Below, in pieces: positions 44,215 to 54,901 of a stretch of 64,000 nt of DNA (positions within the stretch are counted from its first letter, which is position 1; each line of letters begins with the position of its first letter). Position numbers and translations under genes: made by a program. The stretch comes from Bacillota bacterium. Its GTDB lineage: Bacteria; Bacillota; Desulfotomaculia; Desulfotomaculales; Nap2-2B. The notes beneath the pieces were generated by a model. That model did not search any database. It was given only the letters and a program-made list of their open reading frames with translations, and was not told the DNA's origin. The stretch lies in assembly GCA_040755215.1 (NCBI GenBank), contig JBFMBG010000002.1, forward strand, positions 16,974-80,973, written 5' to 3'.

Positions 44215-44421
44215 TTAAATTGCTACCTCCATGCTCCCTTTTAACGAAGCCTTAATTACTTCCGCCAAAAATTCGCTTGCCTCGAGGATTTCAACAAGCA
44301 CAGGCTCCCCTTCTTCGGTGAAATGAATGATCATCGATCCCGCTTCCTCGGCATAGTCGATTTTTTTATCGGAAAGCTCAATTAATAATATATCAACTTG
44401 TTTGTCATACTTTACTTTCAT
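44215..44421 (-). CDS. DUF2283-like small protein (antitoxin-like)
   Basis: 68 aa. MKVKYDKQVDILLIELSD...VLVEILEAS fits the DUF2283 pattern. Confidence 0.6.
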   Translation of the reverse strand: MKVKYDKQVDILLIELSDKKIDYAEEAGSMIIHFTEEGEPVLVEILEASEFLAEVIKASLKGSMEVAI

Positions 44422-44467
44422 ATCTTTTCCTCCTTGCCGGATAAAAGGTTACCACCAAAGGCAAGAA

Positions 44468-45403
44468 CTACAAAACTGTTTCCGGTTGAAAATAAGGTTT
44501 CCCCGTTGAGTCTTCCCGCTTGCGGGCGACGGCCAGCAGATCGCCGCCGGCAAGCAATCTGACCGGCTGGCCGTTTTCCCAGCAATCTATCTCTTCGCCG
44601 GACCCGCTGATGCCCGCCGGGTACAGCCGGTTGCCGGATTTTACGGCCGGGACGGCCGTAGGTTTCACGTGCACGGCCGGCAGGTGGGCCAGCGCTTCGG
44701 CCGGGCTCACCAGCACGCCCGGCAGGCCGCCCCGCCGGTGCAGCGCGGCGATTTCCTCCAGCGGCAAAGCGTTTTCTAAGGTAAAGGGGCCGGCCCTGGT
44801 TCGCACCAGCGCGCTCATATGGGCGCCGCAGCCCAGCTTTTCGCCCAGGTCAATACATAAAGAACGGACGTAAGTCCCCGCCGAGCAGGCAAGTTCGATG
44901 ACGGCGCGCGGCGTCCCGCTCCCCAAACCGGAAACGTTCACCAGCCGGAGGTCGTAGATAACCACCCGGCGGGCTTTTCGCTCGACCTCCAGGCCCTGCC
45001 GGGCCAGTTCGTAGAGCCTTTTCCCCTGGTGCCGCACCGCCGACGTCATCGGCGGGATCTGTTCGATTTTTCCTTTAAAGTGCTGCAGGGCTGCGGCCAC
45101 CTTCTCCCGGGTCAGGCCCGCAGCATCGCCGCGGCGGATCACTTCTCCGTAACCGTCTCCCGTGTTCGTGGCGATGCCGAAAGTTACTTCCGCCCGGTAG
45201 GCTTTGTCGTCCGGCAGGTAACGGATGATGCGGGTGGCCTTCCCCAGGCAGACCGGGAGCACCCCGGTCGCTCCCGGGTCCAACGTGCCCGTGTGGCCGG
45301 CCCTCACTACCCCGGTTAAGCGGCGAAGGTAGTCGATCACGTCGTGGGAGGTCATCCCGGAGGGCTTAGCCACATTTAAAATACCGTCCAGAGCCACGGC
45401 CAT
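44468..45403 (-). CDS. truB: tRNA pseudouridine-55 synthase
   Basis: The ORF track starts at 45487. I trimmed to [22 protein letters not shown], the canonical TruB N-terminus, whose ATG shares one base with the nrnA stop. The catalytic GTLDP motif is present. Confidence 0.9.
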   Translation of the reverse strand: MAVALDGILNVAKPSGMTSHDVIDYLRRLTGVVRAGHTGTLDPGATGVLPVCLGKATRIIRYLPDDKAYRAEVTFGIATNTGDGYGEVIRRGDAAGLTREKVAAALQHFKGKIEQIPPMTSAVRHQGKRLYELARQGLEVERKARRVVIYDLRLVNVSGLGSGTPRAVIELACSAGTYVRSLCIDLGEKLGCGAHMSALVRTRAGPFTLENALPLEEIAALHRRGGLPGVLVSPAEALAHLPAVHVKPTAVPAVKSGNRLYPAGISGSGEEIDCWENGQPVRLLAGGDLLAVARKREDSTGKPYFQPETVL

Positions 45404-46383
45404 CAGGCCCCGCTCACCCTGATCTCTTCCAGCGCCGCTTCCACCACCCGGGACTGCAGAAAAGGAAGGTCGCCCTCCAGCACGCAACCGGCCGCCCGCA
45501 CGTGCCCTCCGCCCCCGAAGCGGCCGGCCAGGCGGTTCACGTCCACCACTTCTTTCGAGCGGAAGCTGATCTTATAGCGCCCGGGCGCCATTTCCCGGAA
45601 TAACAGGGCCACTTCCACCCCCCGCACGGAGCGGGCGTAATTAATCAACCCGTTCACATGCTCGTCTTTTGCCTGCAAATTATTGAGCAGCTCTTTGGTA
45701 ACACTCATCCAGGCCACCCGCCCGCAGGGGCTCAACCGCAGCGTGGGTAAAACCGCCTCCAGCACCCTTAATTGGGCCAGCGGTTTCTGTTCGTAGATCT
45801 GGATATTAATCACATGCGCCGGCGCGCCTTTTTCAATCAGCTGCGCCGCCCGGCGGTGGGTATCCGGCGTAGTATTTTCGTATTGAAAAGAACCCGTATC
45901 GGTAATGATTCCCGTGTATAAACAGGCGGCTATATCGGGGGTAATCCTCGCCCCCAGCAGGGCGCACAGGTCCTGCACTATTTCCGCCGTTGCCGCCGCC
46001 CGCGGATCGATGTAATTATAATCGGCAAAATTATGGGAACTGACGTGGTGGTCGATGTTGCAAACGGTGAGGCGGCGGCGCTCCAGGAGGGGGCGCAGCG
46101 CCCCCAGGCGCTCGGGAACGGAGCAGTCCAGCACCATAAAGGTGTCGTAATCCCCGCTCAAGGCGTTCTCGCCGGCCAAAAAAGCCGCCGTCCCCGGCAA
46201 AAAGCGAAAAATTTCCGGGACCGGGTCGGGCATGGCCATAGTTGCGTCCTTGCCTAACTGCGTGAGCGCCAGACCCAGCGCCGCCACCGAACCGACGCAA
46301 TCGCCGTCGGGCATAATGTGCCCGCCGATAATGATTTTCCGGGATCTTTGCAGCACTCCGGCAATCGCCTGCAGGTCATTCAT
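45403..46383 (-). CDS. nrnA: DHH-family phosphoesterase (NrnA-like oligoribonuclease/pAp phosphatase)
   Basis: 326 aa with [14 protein letters not shown] (NIDHH) and GGGH motifs. It lies between rbfA and truB. Confidence 0.8.
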   Translation of the reverse strand: MNDLQAIAGVLQRSRKIIIGGHIMPDGDCVGSVAALGLALTQLGKDATMAMPDPVPEIFRFLPGTAAFLAGENALSGDYDTFMVLDCSVPERLGALRPLLERRRLTVCNIDHHVSSHNFADYNYIDPRAAATAEIVQDLCALLGARITPDIAACLYTGIITDTGSFQYENTTPDTHRRAAQLIEKGAPAHVINIQIYEQKPLAQLRVLEAVLPTLRLSPCGRVAWMSVTKELLNNLQAKDEHVNGLINYARSVRGVEVALLFREMAPGRYKISFRSKEVVDVNRLAGRFGGGGHVRAAGCVLEGDLPFLQSRVVEAALEEIRVSGA

Positions 46384-46741
46384 GAATCTTTCCTTCCCTG
46401 CCCTTAATTTCCTCCAGCAGCTCCATTACCCGGGCGCCGCGGCGAATCGAGGGATCCAGCTTAAAAGTGATCTCGGGTGTGTGCCGCAGCCTGATCCGCT
46501 TCCCCAGTTCGCTGCGGATAAAACCCTGGGCGCGTTGCAGGGCCGCCAGGGTAGCCCTTTGTTCTTCGGCGGAGCCGTAAACGCTGGCGTAAATTTTGGC
46601 CGTCCGCAAATCGGGTGATACGTCTACCGCCGTAATGGTCACAAAGCCGATGCGCGGGTCCTTCAGCTCGTTAAAGAGCAGATCCGAGATTTCTTTTTTA
46701 ATTGCCTCCGCCAATCTCTCCGGACGGTAAGACATGGACAT
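46376..46741 (-). CDS. rbfA: ribosome-binding factor A
   Basis: 121 aa. [14 protein letters not shown]...[24 protein letters not shown] is canonical RbfA. Confidence 0.9.
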   Translation of the reverse strand: MSMSYRPERLAEAIKKEISDLLFNELKDPRIGFVTITAVDVSPDLRTAKIYASVYGSAEEQRATLAALQRAQGFIRSELGKRIRLRHTPEITFKLDPSIRRGARVMELLEEIKGREGKIHE

Positions 46742-46750
46742 CCCCCCATT

Positions 46751-46895
46751 TGGTCGTGGGTCGTTGGTGGTTGGTCGTTGGGGGTGCTAATCCGAGAAGG
46801 TGCTGCCCAACACGAAACACCACCAAAAACCGACATAAAAAACTTTTTAATCACCCTAAATAAACCCACCACCAACCACTAACCACTAACGACTA
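46751..46895. repeat. GGT-rich / ACC-rich inverted-repeat intergenic element, copy B
   Basis: Left arm tggtcgtgggtcgttggtggttggtcgttggggg (46751-46784). Right arm cccaccaccaaccactaaccactaacgacta (46865-46895). It fills the infB to rbfA gap. The reverse complement of 46865-46882 matches 21339-21357 except for 1 indel. Confidence 0.75.
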
Positions 46896-46896
46896 T

Positions 46897-49758
46897 TTAC
46901 GCCAGTTCCCGTTTTATCGTTTCGGTAGTGAGGGCTTCGATAACGTCGCCCTCCTGGATGTCGTTGAAGTTTTCCAGCGCCAGGCCGCACTCGTAACCTT
47001 CCTGTACTTCCCGGACGTCGTCCTTGAAGCGCTTAAGTGAATCCAGTTTTCCTTCGTAGACTACGTTTCCGTCGCGGAGCAGCTTTACCCTGGCGTCCCG
47101 GGTAAGCTTGCCTTCTTTGACGTAGCAGCCGGCAATCGTCCCTATTTTGGAAATCTTAAAGATCTTGCGCACTTCGGCCTGGCCAATCACTACCTCGCGG
47201 TACTCCGGCTCCAGCAGGCCGCTCATGGCCGCCTTAACATCGTTGAGGGCATCGTAAATCACCCGGTAGGTGCGGATGTCTACTTTTTCCGCTTCGGCGG
47301 CCCGGCGGGCGTTAATGTCGGGCTTGACGTTAAAGCCCAGGACGATGGCGTTGGACGCGGAAGCAAGGAGAATGTCCGTTTCGCTGATTAACCCCACGCC
47401 GCTGTGAATGATGTTTACCCTGACTTCGTCCGTCGAAAGACCCTCCAGGGCCTTCCGCAAAGCTTCCACGGAACCCTGGACGTCTGCCTTCAGGATAATA
47501 TTCAGCTCTTTTACCTGGCCTTCTTTGATCTGCTTAAACAGGTCGTCCAGAGAAACCTTCGGCGCCGCGGCCTTGATTTCCTCTTCCCGCTTACGCAAGA
47601 TCCGCTTGGCGGCAATTTGCCGGGCCAGTTTTTCATCGGCCACCACGTACAGGATGTCCCCCGCCTGGGGAACGTCCGAAAAGCCCAGCACTTCCACGGG
47701 CGTGGACGGCCCCGCGCTCTTCACGCGCCGGCCCAGGTGATCGGTCATCGCCCTTACCCGGCCGGCGGCAGTTCCGGCCAGCACGTTGTCGCCCACCCGC
47801 AGGGTGCCGTTCTGCACCAGGACGGTGGCCACCGGACCACGCCCTTTATCCAGTTCCGCTTCGATGATTGTGCCGCGCGCCGGCCGGTCCGGGTTGGCCT
47901 TTAAGTCGCCGATTTCGGCCACCAGCAGAATCATCTCCAGCAGGTCTCCCAGCCCCTGCCTGGTTTTTGCGCTCACCGGCACACAAATGGTTTGGCCGCC
48001 CCACTCTTCGGGCACCAGTTCGTACTCGGTCAACTGCCGTTTTACCCTGTCCACGTCGGCTTCCGGCTTATCAATTTTATTGATCGCCACAATAATCGGC
48101 GTATTGGCCGCTTTGGCGTGGTTGATTGCCTCCACCGTCTGCGGCATCACTCCGTCGTCGGCGGCCACCACCAGCACGGCAATATCGGTGACCGAGGCCC
48201 CCCGGGCGCGCATGGCGGTGAATGCTTCGTGACCGGGTGTATCGATAAAAGTTATTTTTTTGTTATTATGCTCAACCTGATAGGCGCCTATATGCTGGGT
48301 TATTCCACCCACTTCGGTAGCCGTTACGTTGGTTTCCCGGATGGCGTCCAAAAGTGACGTTTTCCCGTGGTCGACGTGCCCCATCACCGTGACCACGCAC
48401 GGCCGCGGCTGCAGCCGGGCGGGGTCCTCCGCGGGCTCCTGGCTGAGCAGGGCTTCTTCATCCAGCGCAAACTTGACCTGCACCTCGTAGCCGAACTCTC
48501 CGGCGACGATGGTCGCCGTTTCGTGATCGACTTCCTGGTTGATGGTGGCCAGAACGCCCAGCAGCATCAATTTTTTAATTACCTCCGCTGGACTCTTCTT
48601 CATTTTGCCGGCCAGTTCCTGGACCGTGATTGTTTCGCCGATCACGATCGGTTTTTTCTCCGCTGCCGGAGGAAGCTCTCTGTGCCTGATCTCTTCTTTT
48701 TTCCGTTTTCCGCCGGGGATAAAGCGCAGCTTGCGCTCCACCTGACGGTCTTCAACGTCCCGCCAGTCTTCCCGGGTCCGCTCGTAGCGCCCCTTATCCC
48801 TTTTCGCCTTTTCCTGGGGCTTGATCTCTTCGGGCACCCGCGGCACTTTCAGTTGCTCGGCCCGCTGTTCTTTTTCCGGCAAGCCTTTTTTGCCGGGCAC
48901 CGGCTCGCGGGCAACCTGCCTTAAGCCGGCCGGCGGCCTGCCGTGGGGGGCCTGTTTTTTGTAAGCAGGCTCCGCCTTTTGAAAATGCTCCCGGCCGCGC
49001 TGTTCGCGCCCGCGCTCTCCTTTTGGAACGGCGGCCGGCCTGGGCTCGGCCTGCCTTGGCTCAGGCCGCCCGGGCCCGGCCGCTTTTTGTTCGGCCGGCC
49101 TTTGTTCAACGGGCCTGGGCTCAACCGGTTTCGGCCGGGCCTCCGGGGCGGCACCGGGAGCTTTGGCCAGCACGCCGGGGAAAAAGTCGCCTTTCGTAAA
49201 AGGGCGCTCCAGAAAGCGGCGGTCCGGGGGGCGGGAAGGCACCCGGTCCACCAGGCCGGGGCCGCGGTCGGCTCCTTTGCCCGGTCCGGGCTCTTTCGGC
49301 CGGGTTATCTCGGGGGGTGCGGGCCTCTTTTCGGATATTTTTTTCGCCGGTGGTTCGGCCCCCTTTTTTTCAGGTTTTACAGGTTGTTCAGGCGGCTTTG
49401 CCGCCGGGGCGGCCGGAGACGGTGCCGGGGATGCCGCCGGCGCCGCCGGGGCGGCCGGGGCGGCCGGAGACGGTGCCGGGGATGCCGCCCGGGGCGTTGC
49501 CGGCGGCGTTGCCGGAGAAGTTCCTGGAGACGCTGCCGGGGTTGCTGCCGGGGATGACACCCGGGGTGCCGCCCCCGTTGTTTTCGTTTCTTTTGTCTTC
49601 TCTTTCTTGAGTTCCGCCAGCAAACGCCGGACGTCCTGCTCTTCCACCGTGCTCATGTGTGTCTTCACCGCCACACCGAGCGCCGCCAGCCTTTTAATCA
49701 CTTCTTTGCTTTCTATATTGAGTTCTTTCGCCAGTTCATGCACCCGTTTTTTGACCAT
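46897..49758 (-). CDS. infB: translation initiation factor IF-2
   Basis: Start set at the ATG 5 nt after GGAGGTG ([14 protein letters not shown]). Pro/Ala-rich N-terminal region. The G-domain has [17 protein letters not shown] and NKID. Confidence 0.95.
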   Translation of the reverse strand: MVKKRVHELAKELNIESKEVIKRLAALGVAVKTHMSTVEEQDVRRLLAELKKEKTKETKTTGAAPRVSSPAATPAASPGTSPATPPATPRAASPAPSPAAPAAPAAPAASPAPSPAAPAAKPPEQPVKPEKKGAEPPAKKISEKRPAPPEITRPKEPGPGKGADRGPGLVDRVPSRPPDRRFLERPFTKGDFFPGVLAKAPGAAPEARPKPVEPRPVEQRPAEQKAAGPGRPEPRQAEPRPAAVPKGERGREQRGREHFQKAEPAYKKQAPHGRPPAGLRQVAREPVPGKKGLPEKEQRAEQLKVPRVPEEIKPQEKAKRDKGRYERTREDWRDVEDRQVERKLRFIPGGKRKKEEIRHRELPPAAEKKPIVIGETITVQELAGKMKKSPAEVIKKLMLLGVLATINQEVDHETATIVAGEFGYEVQVKFALDEEALLSQEPAEDPARLQPRPCVVTVMGHVDHGKTSLLDAIRETNVTATEVGGITQHIGAYQVEHNNKKITFIDTPGHEAFTAMRARGASVTDIAVLVVAADDGVMPQTVEAINHAKAANTPIIVAINKIDKPEADVDRVKRQLTEYELVPEEWGGQTICVPVSAKTRQGLGDLLEMILLVAEIGDLKANPDRPARGTIIEAELDKGRGPVATVLVQNGTLRVGDNVLAGTAAGRVRAMTDHLGRRVKSAGPSTPVEVLGFSDVPQAGDILYVVADEKLARQIAAKRILRKREEEIKAAAPKVSLDDLFKQIKEGQVKELNIILKADVQGSVEALRKALEGLSTDEVRVNIIHSGVGLISETDILLASASNAIVLGFNVKPDINARRAAEAEKVDIRTYRVIYDALNDVKAAMSGLLEPEYREVVIGQAEVRKIFKISKIGTIAGCYVKEGKLTRDARVKLLRDGNVVYEGKLDSLKRFKDDVREVQEGYECGLALENFNDIQEGDVIEALTTETIKRELA
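49404..49489 (-). repeat. 35-bp perfect direct repeat with 51-bp period inside infB
   Basis: ccggggcggccggagacggtgccggggatgccgcc occurs at 49404-49438 and 49455-49489. It encodes a duplicated 17-aa Pro/Ala unit in the IF-2 N-terminal region. Confidence 0.9.
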
Positions 49759-49775
49759 GAATTCACCTCCAAAAA

Positions 49776-50051
49776 TCATGCTTCACCTTCCAGTCCGCTC
49801 AGCAAGTCCGCGATTACCTCCTTTGCCAGGGCACATTTTAACGCTCTTTCGATGCTGCGCGCCTTGACGGCCTTTTGCACGCAGGCCCGGTTAGGGCATA
49901 CGTAGGCGCCCCGCCCCGAGCGCTTCCCGGTAGGATCGACGGCAATTTTTTCTTCCGGGGTGCGGACAATTCTGATCAGCTCTTTCTTGGGCTTCATTTC
50001 CCGGCATCCCACACACATGCGTAAAGGGATTTTCTTCATCCTGGCCATCAA
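49776..50051 (-). CDS. ylxR: YlxR/RnpM-family RNA-binding protein (DUF448)
   Basis: 91 aa. [19 protein letters not shown]...GRGAYVC matches the family pattern. It lies between nusA and infB. Confidence 0.8.
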   Translation of the reverse strand: MMARMKKIPLRMCVGCREMKPKKELIRIVRTPEEKIAVDPTGKRSGRGAYVCPNRACVQKAVKARSIERALKCALAKEVIADLLSGLEGEA

Positions 50052-51136
50052 AGATCACCCTGGGCGTCGGCATAATATTCGGCATACTCTTGCCGGTAGA
50101 TTTCCTGCATCTGCGTTTCACTCTTGATGTCGATTTTCCAGCCCGTAAGCTTGGCCGCCAGGCGGGCGTTCTGGCCGTCTTTGCCAATCGCCAGCGAAAG
50201 CTGGTAGTCGGGCACAATCACCCGGGCTATTTTTTCCTGTTCCCAGATTTCCACCGCGATAACCTTCGCCGGACTTAAAGAAGCCGCTATATACTTGGAA
50301 TAATCGGGATTCCACTTGATTACGTCAATCTTCTCGCCGTTTAACTCGTTCACGATATTCTGAATGCGCACCCCTTTTGGCCCGACGCATGCTCCCACCG
50401 GGTCCACATTCTCATCGGTGGAGTAAACGGCAATTTTGGAGCGATAACCTGCCTCCCGGGCGATCGCCTTTAATTCCACAACCCCTTCGAAAAGCTCCGG
50501 AACTTCCAGCTCCAAAAGCCGCTTTAAAAGACCGGGGTGCGTCCGGGAAACAAGGATTTGCGGCCCTTTCGTGGTTTTTCTAACCTCCAGGATGTAGGCT
50601 TTCAGGCGGTCCCCTTGGCGGTACGTCTCTCCGGGCATTTGCTCTCCGGGCGTTAAGATGGCTTCCGCTTTCCCCAGTTCCAGGAAAACGTTTTTTTGCT
50701 CGCTGCGCTGCACCACCCCGGTAACAATATCCCCTTCACGGTTAGCATATTCTTCATAAATAATGTTCCGTTCCGCTTCCCGGATGCGCTGCATCACCAC
50801 CTGCTTGGCCGTCTGGGCGGCAATGCGCCCGAAATCCCGGGGGGTTATTTCGGTTTCGACCACCTCCCCCGCCTGGTAGCGGGGGTCGATTTGCCGGGCC
50901 TCGGCCAGGGAAATCTGCAGCCGGGGGTCTTCCACCTTCTCCACCACGGTCCGCTGGCTGAAAACCTGGAAATCACCGGTTTCCCGGTTTATATGCACGC
51001 GCGCGTTTTGGGCCGTACCGAAATTGCGTTTATAGGCGGAAAGCAGCGCGGCCTCGATAGCCTCGACCAATATGTCAACGGAAACGCCCTTCTCTTTTTC
51101 TAAGGCGTAAAGGGCTTCCAGAAATTCGTGATTCAT
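50048..51136 (-). CDS. nusA: transcription termination/antitermination factor NusA
   Basis: 362 aa with N-terminal, S1 and tandem KH domain patterns ([35 protein letters not shown]). Confidence 0.95.
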   Translation of the reverse strand: MNHEFLEALYALEKEKGVSVDILVEAIEAALLSAYKRNFGTAQNARVHINRETGDFQVFSQRTVVEKVEDPRLQISLAEARQIDPRYQAGEVVETEITPRDFGRIAAQTAKQVVMQRIREAERNIIYEEYANREGDIVTGVVQRSEQKNVFLELGKAEAILTPGEQMPGETYRQGDRLKAYILEVRKTTKGPQILVSRTHPGLLKRLLELEVPELFEGVVELKAIAREAGYRSKIAVYSTDENVDPVGACVGPKGVRIQNIVNELNGEKIDVIKWNPDYSKYIAASLSPAKVIAVEIWEQEKIARVIVPDYQLSLAIGKDGQNARLAAKLTGWKIDIKSETQMQEIYRQEYAEYYADAQGDL

Positions 51137-51162
51137 TTTTGCGAATCCCCCCTTTTCTCTCC

Positions 51163-51621
51163 CTAAAATTCTGCAACCAGGCGGGCCGAAGCGATTCTTT
51201 CCAGGGCAATGGCCACTTCCCGGCCGTCAATCGCCAGCTTTACCTCTTCATCGGAAGCCCCGATAAGCCGGCCGGTAAACTGTTTTCTGCCCGCGATGGG
51301 CGCGTATGTCTTGATCCTGGCCAGGCGGCCGGCAAAGCGCTGAAAGTCGCCGGCTTTTTTTAAGGGCCGCTCAATCCCGGGCGAAGACACTTCCAGGACG
51401 TAGGCATGCGGAATGGGGTCTTTCTCGTCCAGCAGCACGTCCAGCTTTTCCGAAAGCGCCTGGCAGTCGTCCAAAGTAACCCCGCCCGGCTTGTCGATAA
51501 AAACCCGCAGGTAGTAGCGGCCCGCCTCTTTGGCGTATTCCACGTCCACCAGTTCCAGGTGCAGTTCCTCGGCCAGCGGCAGGACCAGCTCCGTGACCTG
51601 CGCCGTCACCTTTTTGCTCAT
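51163..51621 (-). CDS. rimP: ribosome maturation factor RimP
   Basis: 152 aa. LELVDVEYAKEAGRYYLRVFIDKPGGVTLDDC is the canonical RimP pattern. Located upstream of nusA. Confidence 0.9.
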   Translation of the reverse strand: MSKKVTAQVTELVLPLAEELHLELVDVEYAKEAGRYYLRVFIDKPGGVTLDDCQALSEKLDVLLDEKDPIPHAYVLEVSSPGIERPLKKAGDFQRFAGRLARIKTYAPIAGRKQFTGRLIGASDEEVKLAIDGREVAIALERIASARLVAEF

Positions 51622-51663
51622 AAGCCGGGGTACCCCTTCCTTTATTATCTTTAATTTAAGACG

Positions 51664-51685
51664 AAAGAGTGGGCGTTACCCACTC
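51664..51685 (-). terminator. possible terminator after ald / structure in the rimP leader
   Basis: 7-bp GC-rich stem GAGTGGG/CCCACTC with a 5-nt loop, followed on the minus strand by TTTCGTCTT. Confidence 0.35.
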
Positions 51686-51834
51686 CTTTCTTCCAACAAC
51701 TCGCTCGCAAAACCATCCTTAGTATAACACAGATATTTTTCGTTGACAAGAATATGCCGCGAATAATTTTGTAAAGAATCAATTCACGATTATTCCCAAC
51801 AAGATATTCCTGACAAACTACTTTTAACTTAAAT

Positions 51835-52962
51835 TTAAGAATAACTCACTCCCTGTAAAACACTAACTAAATTTGAATGTTGCAACCCCAAAGATTCGGC
51901 CACCGCCGGATGGGTAACAGTTCCCTGCAGAACGTTTACCCCTTTCGCCAGACCGCTATCATCCTTAACGGCAGACAACCAGCCTTTATTGGCAACATTA
52001 ATAACAAAGGGCAAGGTGGCGTTAGTCAAGGCCAGGGTTGCCGTCCTGGCCACTGCGCCAGGAATGTTCGCCACGCTGTAGTGAATAACTCCGTAAGCTT
52101 CATATACAGGGTCACTGTGGGTGGTCACCCGGTCGATTGTCTCCACGCAGGCGCCCTGATCGACGGCCACATCGACGATAACCGATCCCGGCCGCATCCT
52201 TTGCACCATTTCTTTGGTTACCAGCTTGGGCGCCCTGGCGCCTGGAATAAGAACCGCCCCAATGAGGAGATCCGCTTCTTCCACTGCTTCCGCAATATTA
52301 CAGGCATTGGACATTAAAGTTTGCACCCGGCCGCCGAAGATGTCGTCCAGGTAGCGCAACCTGGATTCACTCTTCTCGAGAATGGTCACTTTCGCCCCCA
52401 TCCCCAGGGCTATCCTCGCCGCATTAATCCCAACCGTGCCACCCCCAATAATAGTAACGCCGGCCGGTTTAACTCCCGGGACACCGCCCAACAAGATTCC
52501 TCTACCCCACGGACGTTCCAGAAAATGCGCGCCGATCTGGACGGACATCCTGCCCGCAATTTCACTCATTGGAATAAGCAGCGGTAACATTCCATCTCTT
52601 TCTACCGTTTCATAGGCAATACCGATAATTTTTTTCTGAAGAAGCACCCTCACTAACTTTGGCTCCGCCGCCAGGTGAAGATAAGTGAAAAGGATTTGGC
52701 CTTCCTTGAGAAGATTATATTCCTGTTCTAAGGGTTCCTTTACTTTCACAATCATGTCCGCAGCTTCAAATATATCCCCCGGCTTGTCTAAAATCCCGGC
52801 GCCAACCGAGGTATAATCCTCATCTGGAAAGCCGCTGCCAACACCTGCTCCTTTCTGCACGTAAACCCGGTGTCCCGACTTTACCAACTCATACACTCCG
52901 GCTGGGGTAAGCGCAACCCTGTTCTCATTATCTTTTATCTCTTTTGGCACACCTATGATCAC
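51835..52962 (-). CDS. ald: alanine dehydrogenase
   Basis: 375 aa. MIIGVPKEIKDNENRVALTPAGV N-terminus and the VTIIGGGTVGINAA NAD motif. Confidence 0.9.
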   Translation of the reverse strand: MIIGVPKEIKDNENRVALTPAGVYELVKSGHRVYVQKGAGVGSGFPDEDYTSVGAGILDKPGDIFEAADMIVKVKEPLEQEYNLLKEGQILFTYLHLAAEPKLVRVLLQKKIIGIAYETVERDGMLPLLIPMSEIAGRMSVQIGAHFLERPWGRGILLGGVPGVKPAGVTIIGGGTVGINAARIALGMGAKVTILEKSESRLRYLDDIFGGRVQTLMSNACNIAEAVEEADLLIGAVLIPGARAPKLVTKEMVQRMRPGSVIVDVAVDQGACVETIDRVTTHSDPVYEAYGVIHYSVANIPGAVARTATLALTNATLPFVINVANKGWLSAVKDDSGLAKGVNVLQGTVTHPAVAESLGLQHSNLVSVLQGVSYS

Positions 52963-53011
52963 GTTTTACTGCACCTCCAGGCAGTATCCGTCAAAACTTG
53001 CCAACCTTTTG

Positions 53012-53419
53012 TTACAGTCCAAGCTGTTTGAATACAGATGCCGTATCCCAGTATAAAGTTTCTTTGCAAAACTTGTCTCCTCTGAGTTCGTAGACGGAAG
53101 CCGCCATAACCTTAAAAAAGCGGTTGGTGGGAGCCAGATCGCCCATGGGCCCCTGCTGGGTTCCCTGGAGGGAATATTCGGCAAGCGCCACTTTCCCTTC
53201 CGGATCGCTAAAAATTCTGGTGATCTCGATATGCATGTCCGGAAAGGCGGTAAAAAAAGCGCGCATCGCTTCCTTAAAAGCCGCCATGCCGACGGCCGGC
53301 TGATCGGGCGCCGAAATATCCAAAAACACAACGTCATCGGTGTAGTAGCCGCAAACCGCTTCCAGGTCCCCTTTGTTAATGGCGTCAATCTCTTCGCGGA
53401 TCAATTTTTCGATCAGCAT
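53012..53419 (-). CDS. NTF2-fold SnoaL-like/ester cyclase family protein
   Basis: 135 aa. INKGDLEAVCGYYTDDVVF...FPDMHIEI is the typical SnoaL-like pattern. Chosen over the overlapping ORF 52966..53388. Confidence 0.6.
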   Translation of the reverse strand: MLIEKLIREEIDAINKGDLEAVCGYYTDDVVFLDISAPDQPAVGMAAFKEAMRAFFTAFPDMHIEITRIFSDPEGKVALAEYSLQGTQQGPMGDLAPTNRFFKVMAASVYELRGDKFCKETLYWDTASVFKQLGL

Positions 53420-53486
53420 ATAAAAACCCCCTGTTCAAGAGAAATTAAATTCAAGACAATCATTTAAACATAACCATAAAAGTGCT

Positions 53487-54896
53487 TTACCCATTCCCAA
53501 GAACCTCTTCCACCCACGCCTGGTCCTTTTTCACTTCCTGCGCCAGATAAATCAGGTCTTCCGGGGTTAAGTCCGCGGGCCGCACCGAATTTCTTTGCAA
53601 AACATTCTTCAGGTACGACCTTCTAATCCTGTCCAAGTCCACTTCTTCCACATGCAATTGTTCCGGCTCCCGGGGAATAACAATGTTCTGTCCCGGAATA
53701 TTTTCCCGGGGGTCGCCTCTCCTGATCTCGATGCCCTGGCTGCGCGCAAAAGTAAGCTGGGCCGTAGGGTGTTTCCCGGCTCCTGTATATTCCGTTTCCT
53801 GCACGACAAGAAGCGCATCCCGGTCCATTTCCCTGGCCAGCGCAAGAGCTGCCGCCAGCGAGGTATTTCCGGCCGGGCCCCTTTCCAGACCTTCCAGCTT
53901 GGCCAGGGCTTCCGTCGCGTAAAAGACCTCCCCCTGGCTGACGGTCACGTACCGATCCAGGTACCGCAGCGCCCGGGCGGCGTTGCGGGGCACGTCGGTA
54001 CGGTCGGGATTGACCAAAAACGGCACTCCGAAACCGGTATGACCGGTTGTAAAGGACTTCCGGTTAAAATCGCGATCGCTGGCCATGTGCAACCCCCGCA
54101 AATCAACACTGGCCCCGATAATCCGGGTAGTGTTGCACCCGGCCTTGAGCAGGCCGCGCGCCGTCCCCGTCACATTTCCGCCGCCGGCATGGGTAATCAC
54201 GACCGCATCAGGCCCCCTGCCGAACCTGGCCAGACATTCGCTGCCAATCTCGTAACCCAGGGTTTCGATCCCCAAAATAGAATAGGGTGTGTACAGGGAA
54301 GCATTAAAGTAACCGGTCTGCTCCAGCAGCAATAAATTAATATAAAATAATTCGGGGCCGACGGTAAGTTTCCAGACTTCCGCACCATAGGCTTCACATG
54401 CCCGGCTCTTTTCCAGAATTTCCGGTTGGCCAAAACCCCTCGAGTCATAGACCTCTTGAAGAATAATGCACTTTAGCCCTTGCATGGCGGCTTGCGAAGC
54501 AACCGCCGCGCCGTAATTGCCGGACGTGCCGGCAATTACCCCCGGGTAACCTCTTTTCCTGGCTTCGTAAACAACCAGGGAGGCCCGGCGGGCCTTGAAG
54601 CTGCCGCTGGCGTTCGCCGCCTCGTCTTTAACGAAAATTCTGGCCCCTTTGCCGGGGGCGGAAATGCTCCGCACCAGGGCAGTCAATTTGGTCAGCTCAA
54701 GAAGAGGGGTATTTCCCGTTTTCCCGGCCAACTGAATCTCGCGCACCTGTTCTAAAGTGTAACCGGTGCTGGCCATCATGCCTTCGTAATCAAATCCGAC
54801 TTTACCGAATTCAAACTGATCATAATCCGGACCGCCGGCGTTTTTGATAATTTGGGCCTGCCTTGCCATCACCGCCGCGTAAGAAAGGTCAGCCAC
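53487..54896 (-). CDS. ortB: fold-type II PLP enzyme, OrtB-like (2-amino-4-oxopentanoate thiolase beta subunit)
   Basis: 469 aa. PLP-lysine motif NASGSFKARRA and GTSGNYGAAVA, a roughly 100-aa N-terminal extension, and pairing with a 104-aa upstream gene as in ortA-ortB. Confidence 0.6.
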   Translation of the reverse strand: MADLSYAAVMARQAQIIKNAGGPDYDQFEFGKVGFDYEGMMASTGYTLEQVREIQLAGKTGNTPLLELTKLTALVRSISAPGKGARIFVKDEAANASGSFKARRASLVVYEARKRGYPGVIAGTSGNYGAAVASQAAMQGLKCIILQEVYDSRGFGQPEILEKSRACEAYGAEVWKLTVGPELFYINLLLLEQTGYFNASLYTPYSILGIETLGYEIGSECLARFGRGPDAVVITHAGGGNVTGTARGLLKAGCNTTRIIGASVDLRGLHMASDRDFNRKSFTTGHTGFGVPFLVNPDRTDVPRNAARALRYLDRYVTVSQGEVFYATEALAKLEGLERGPAGNTSLAAALALAREMDRDALLVVQETEYTGAGKHPTAQLTFARSQGIEIRRGDPRENIPGQNIVIPREPEQLHVEEVDLDRIRRSYLKNVLQRNSVRPADLTPEDLIYLAQEVKKDQAWVEEVLGNG

Positions 54897-54901
54897 CGCA
54901 C

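Noticed and set aside
49163-49867. GC-rich repeats and a 234-aa plus-strand ORF in the 49.2-49.9 kb region, considered as a possible repeat array or gene.
   Set aside because: The region is the Pro/Ala-rich N-terminal coding part of infB on the minus strand. The repeats are in-frame coding duplications, not CRISPR-like repeat-spacer units.
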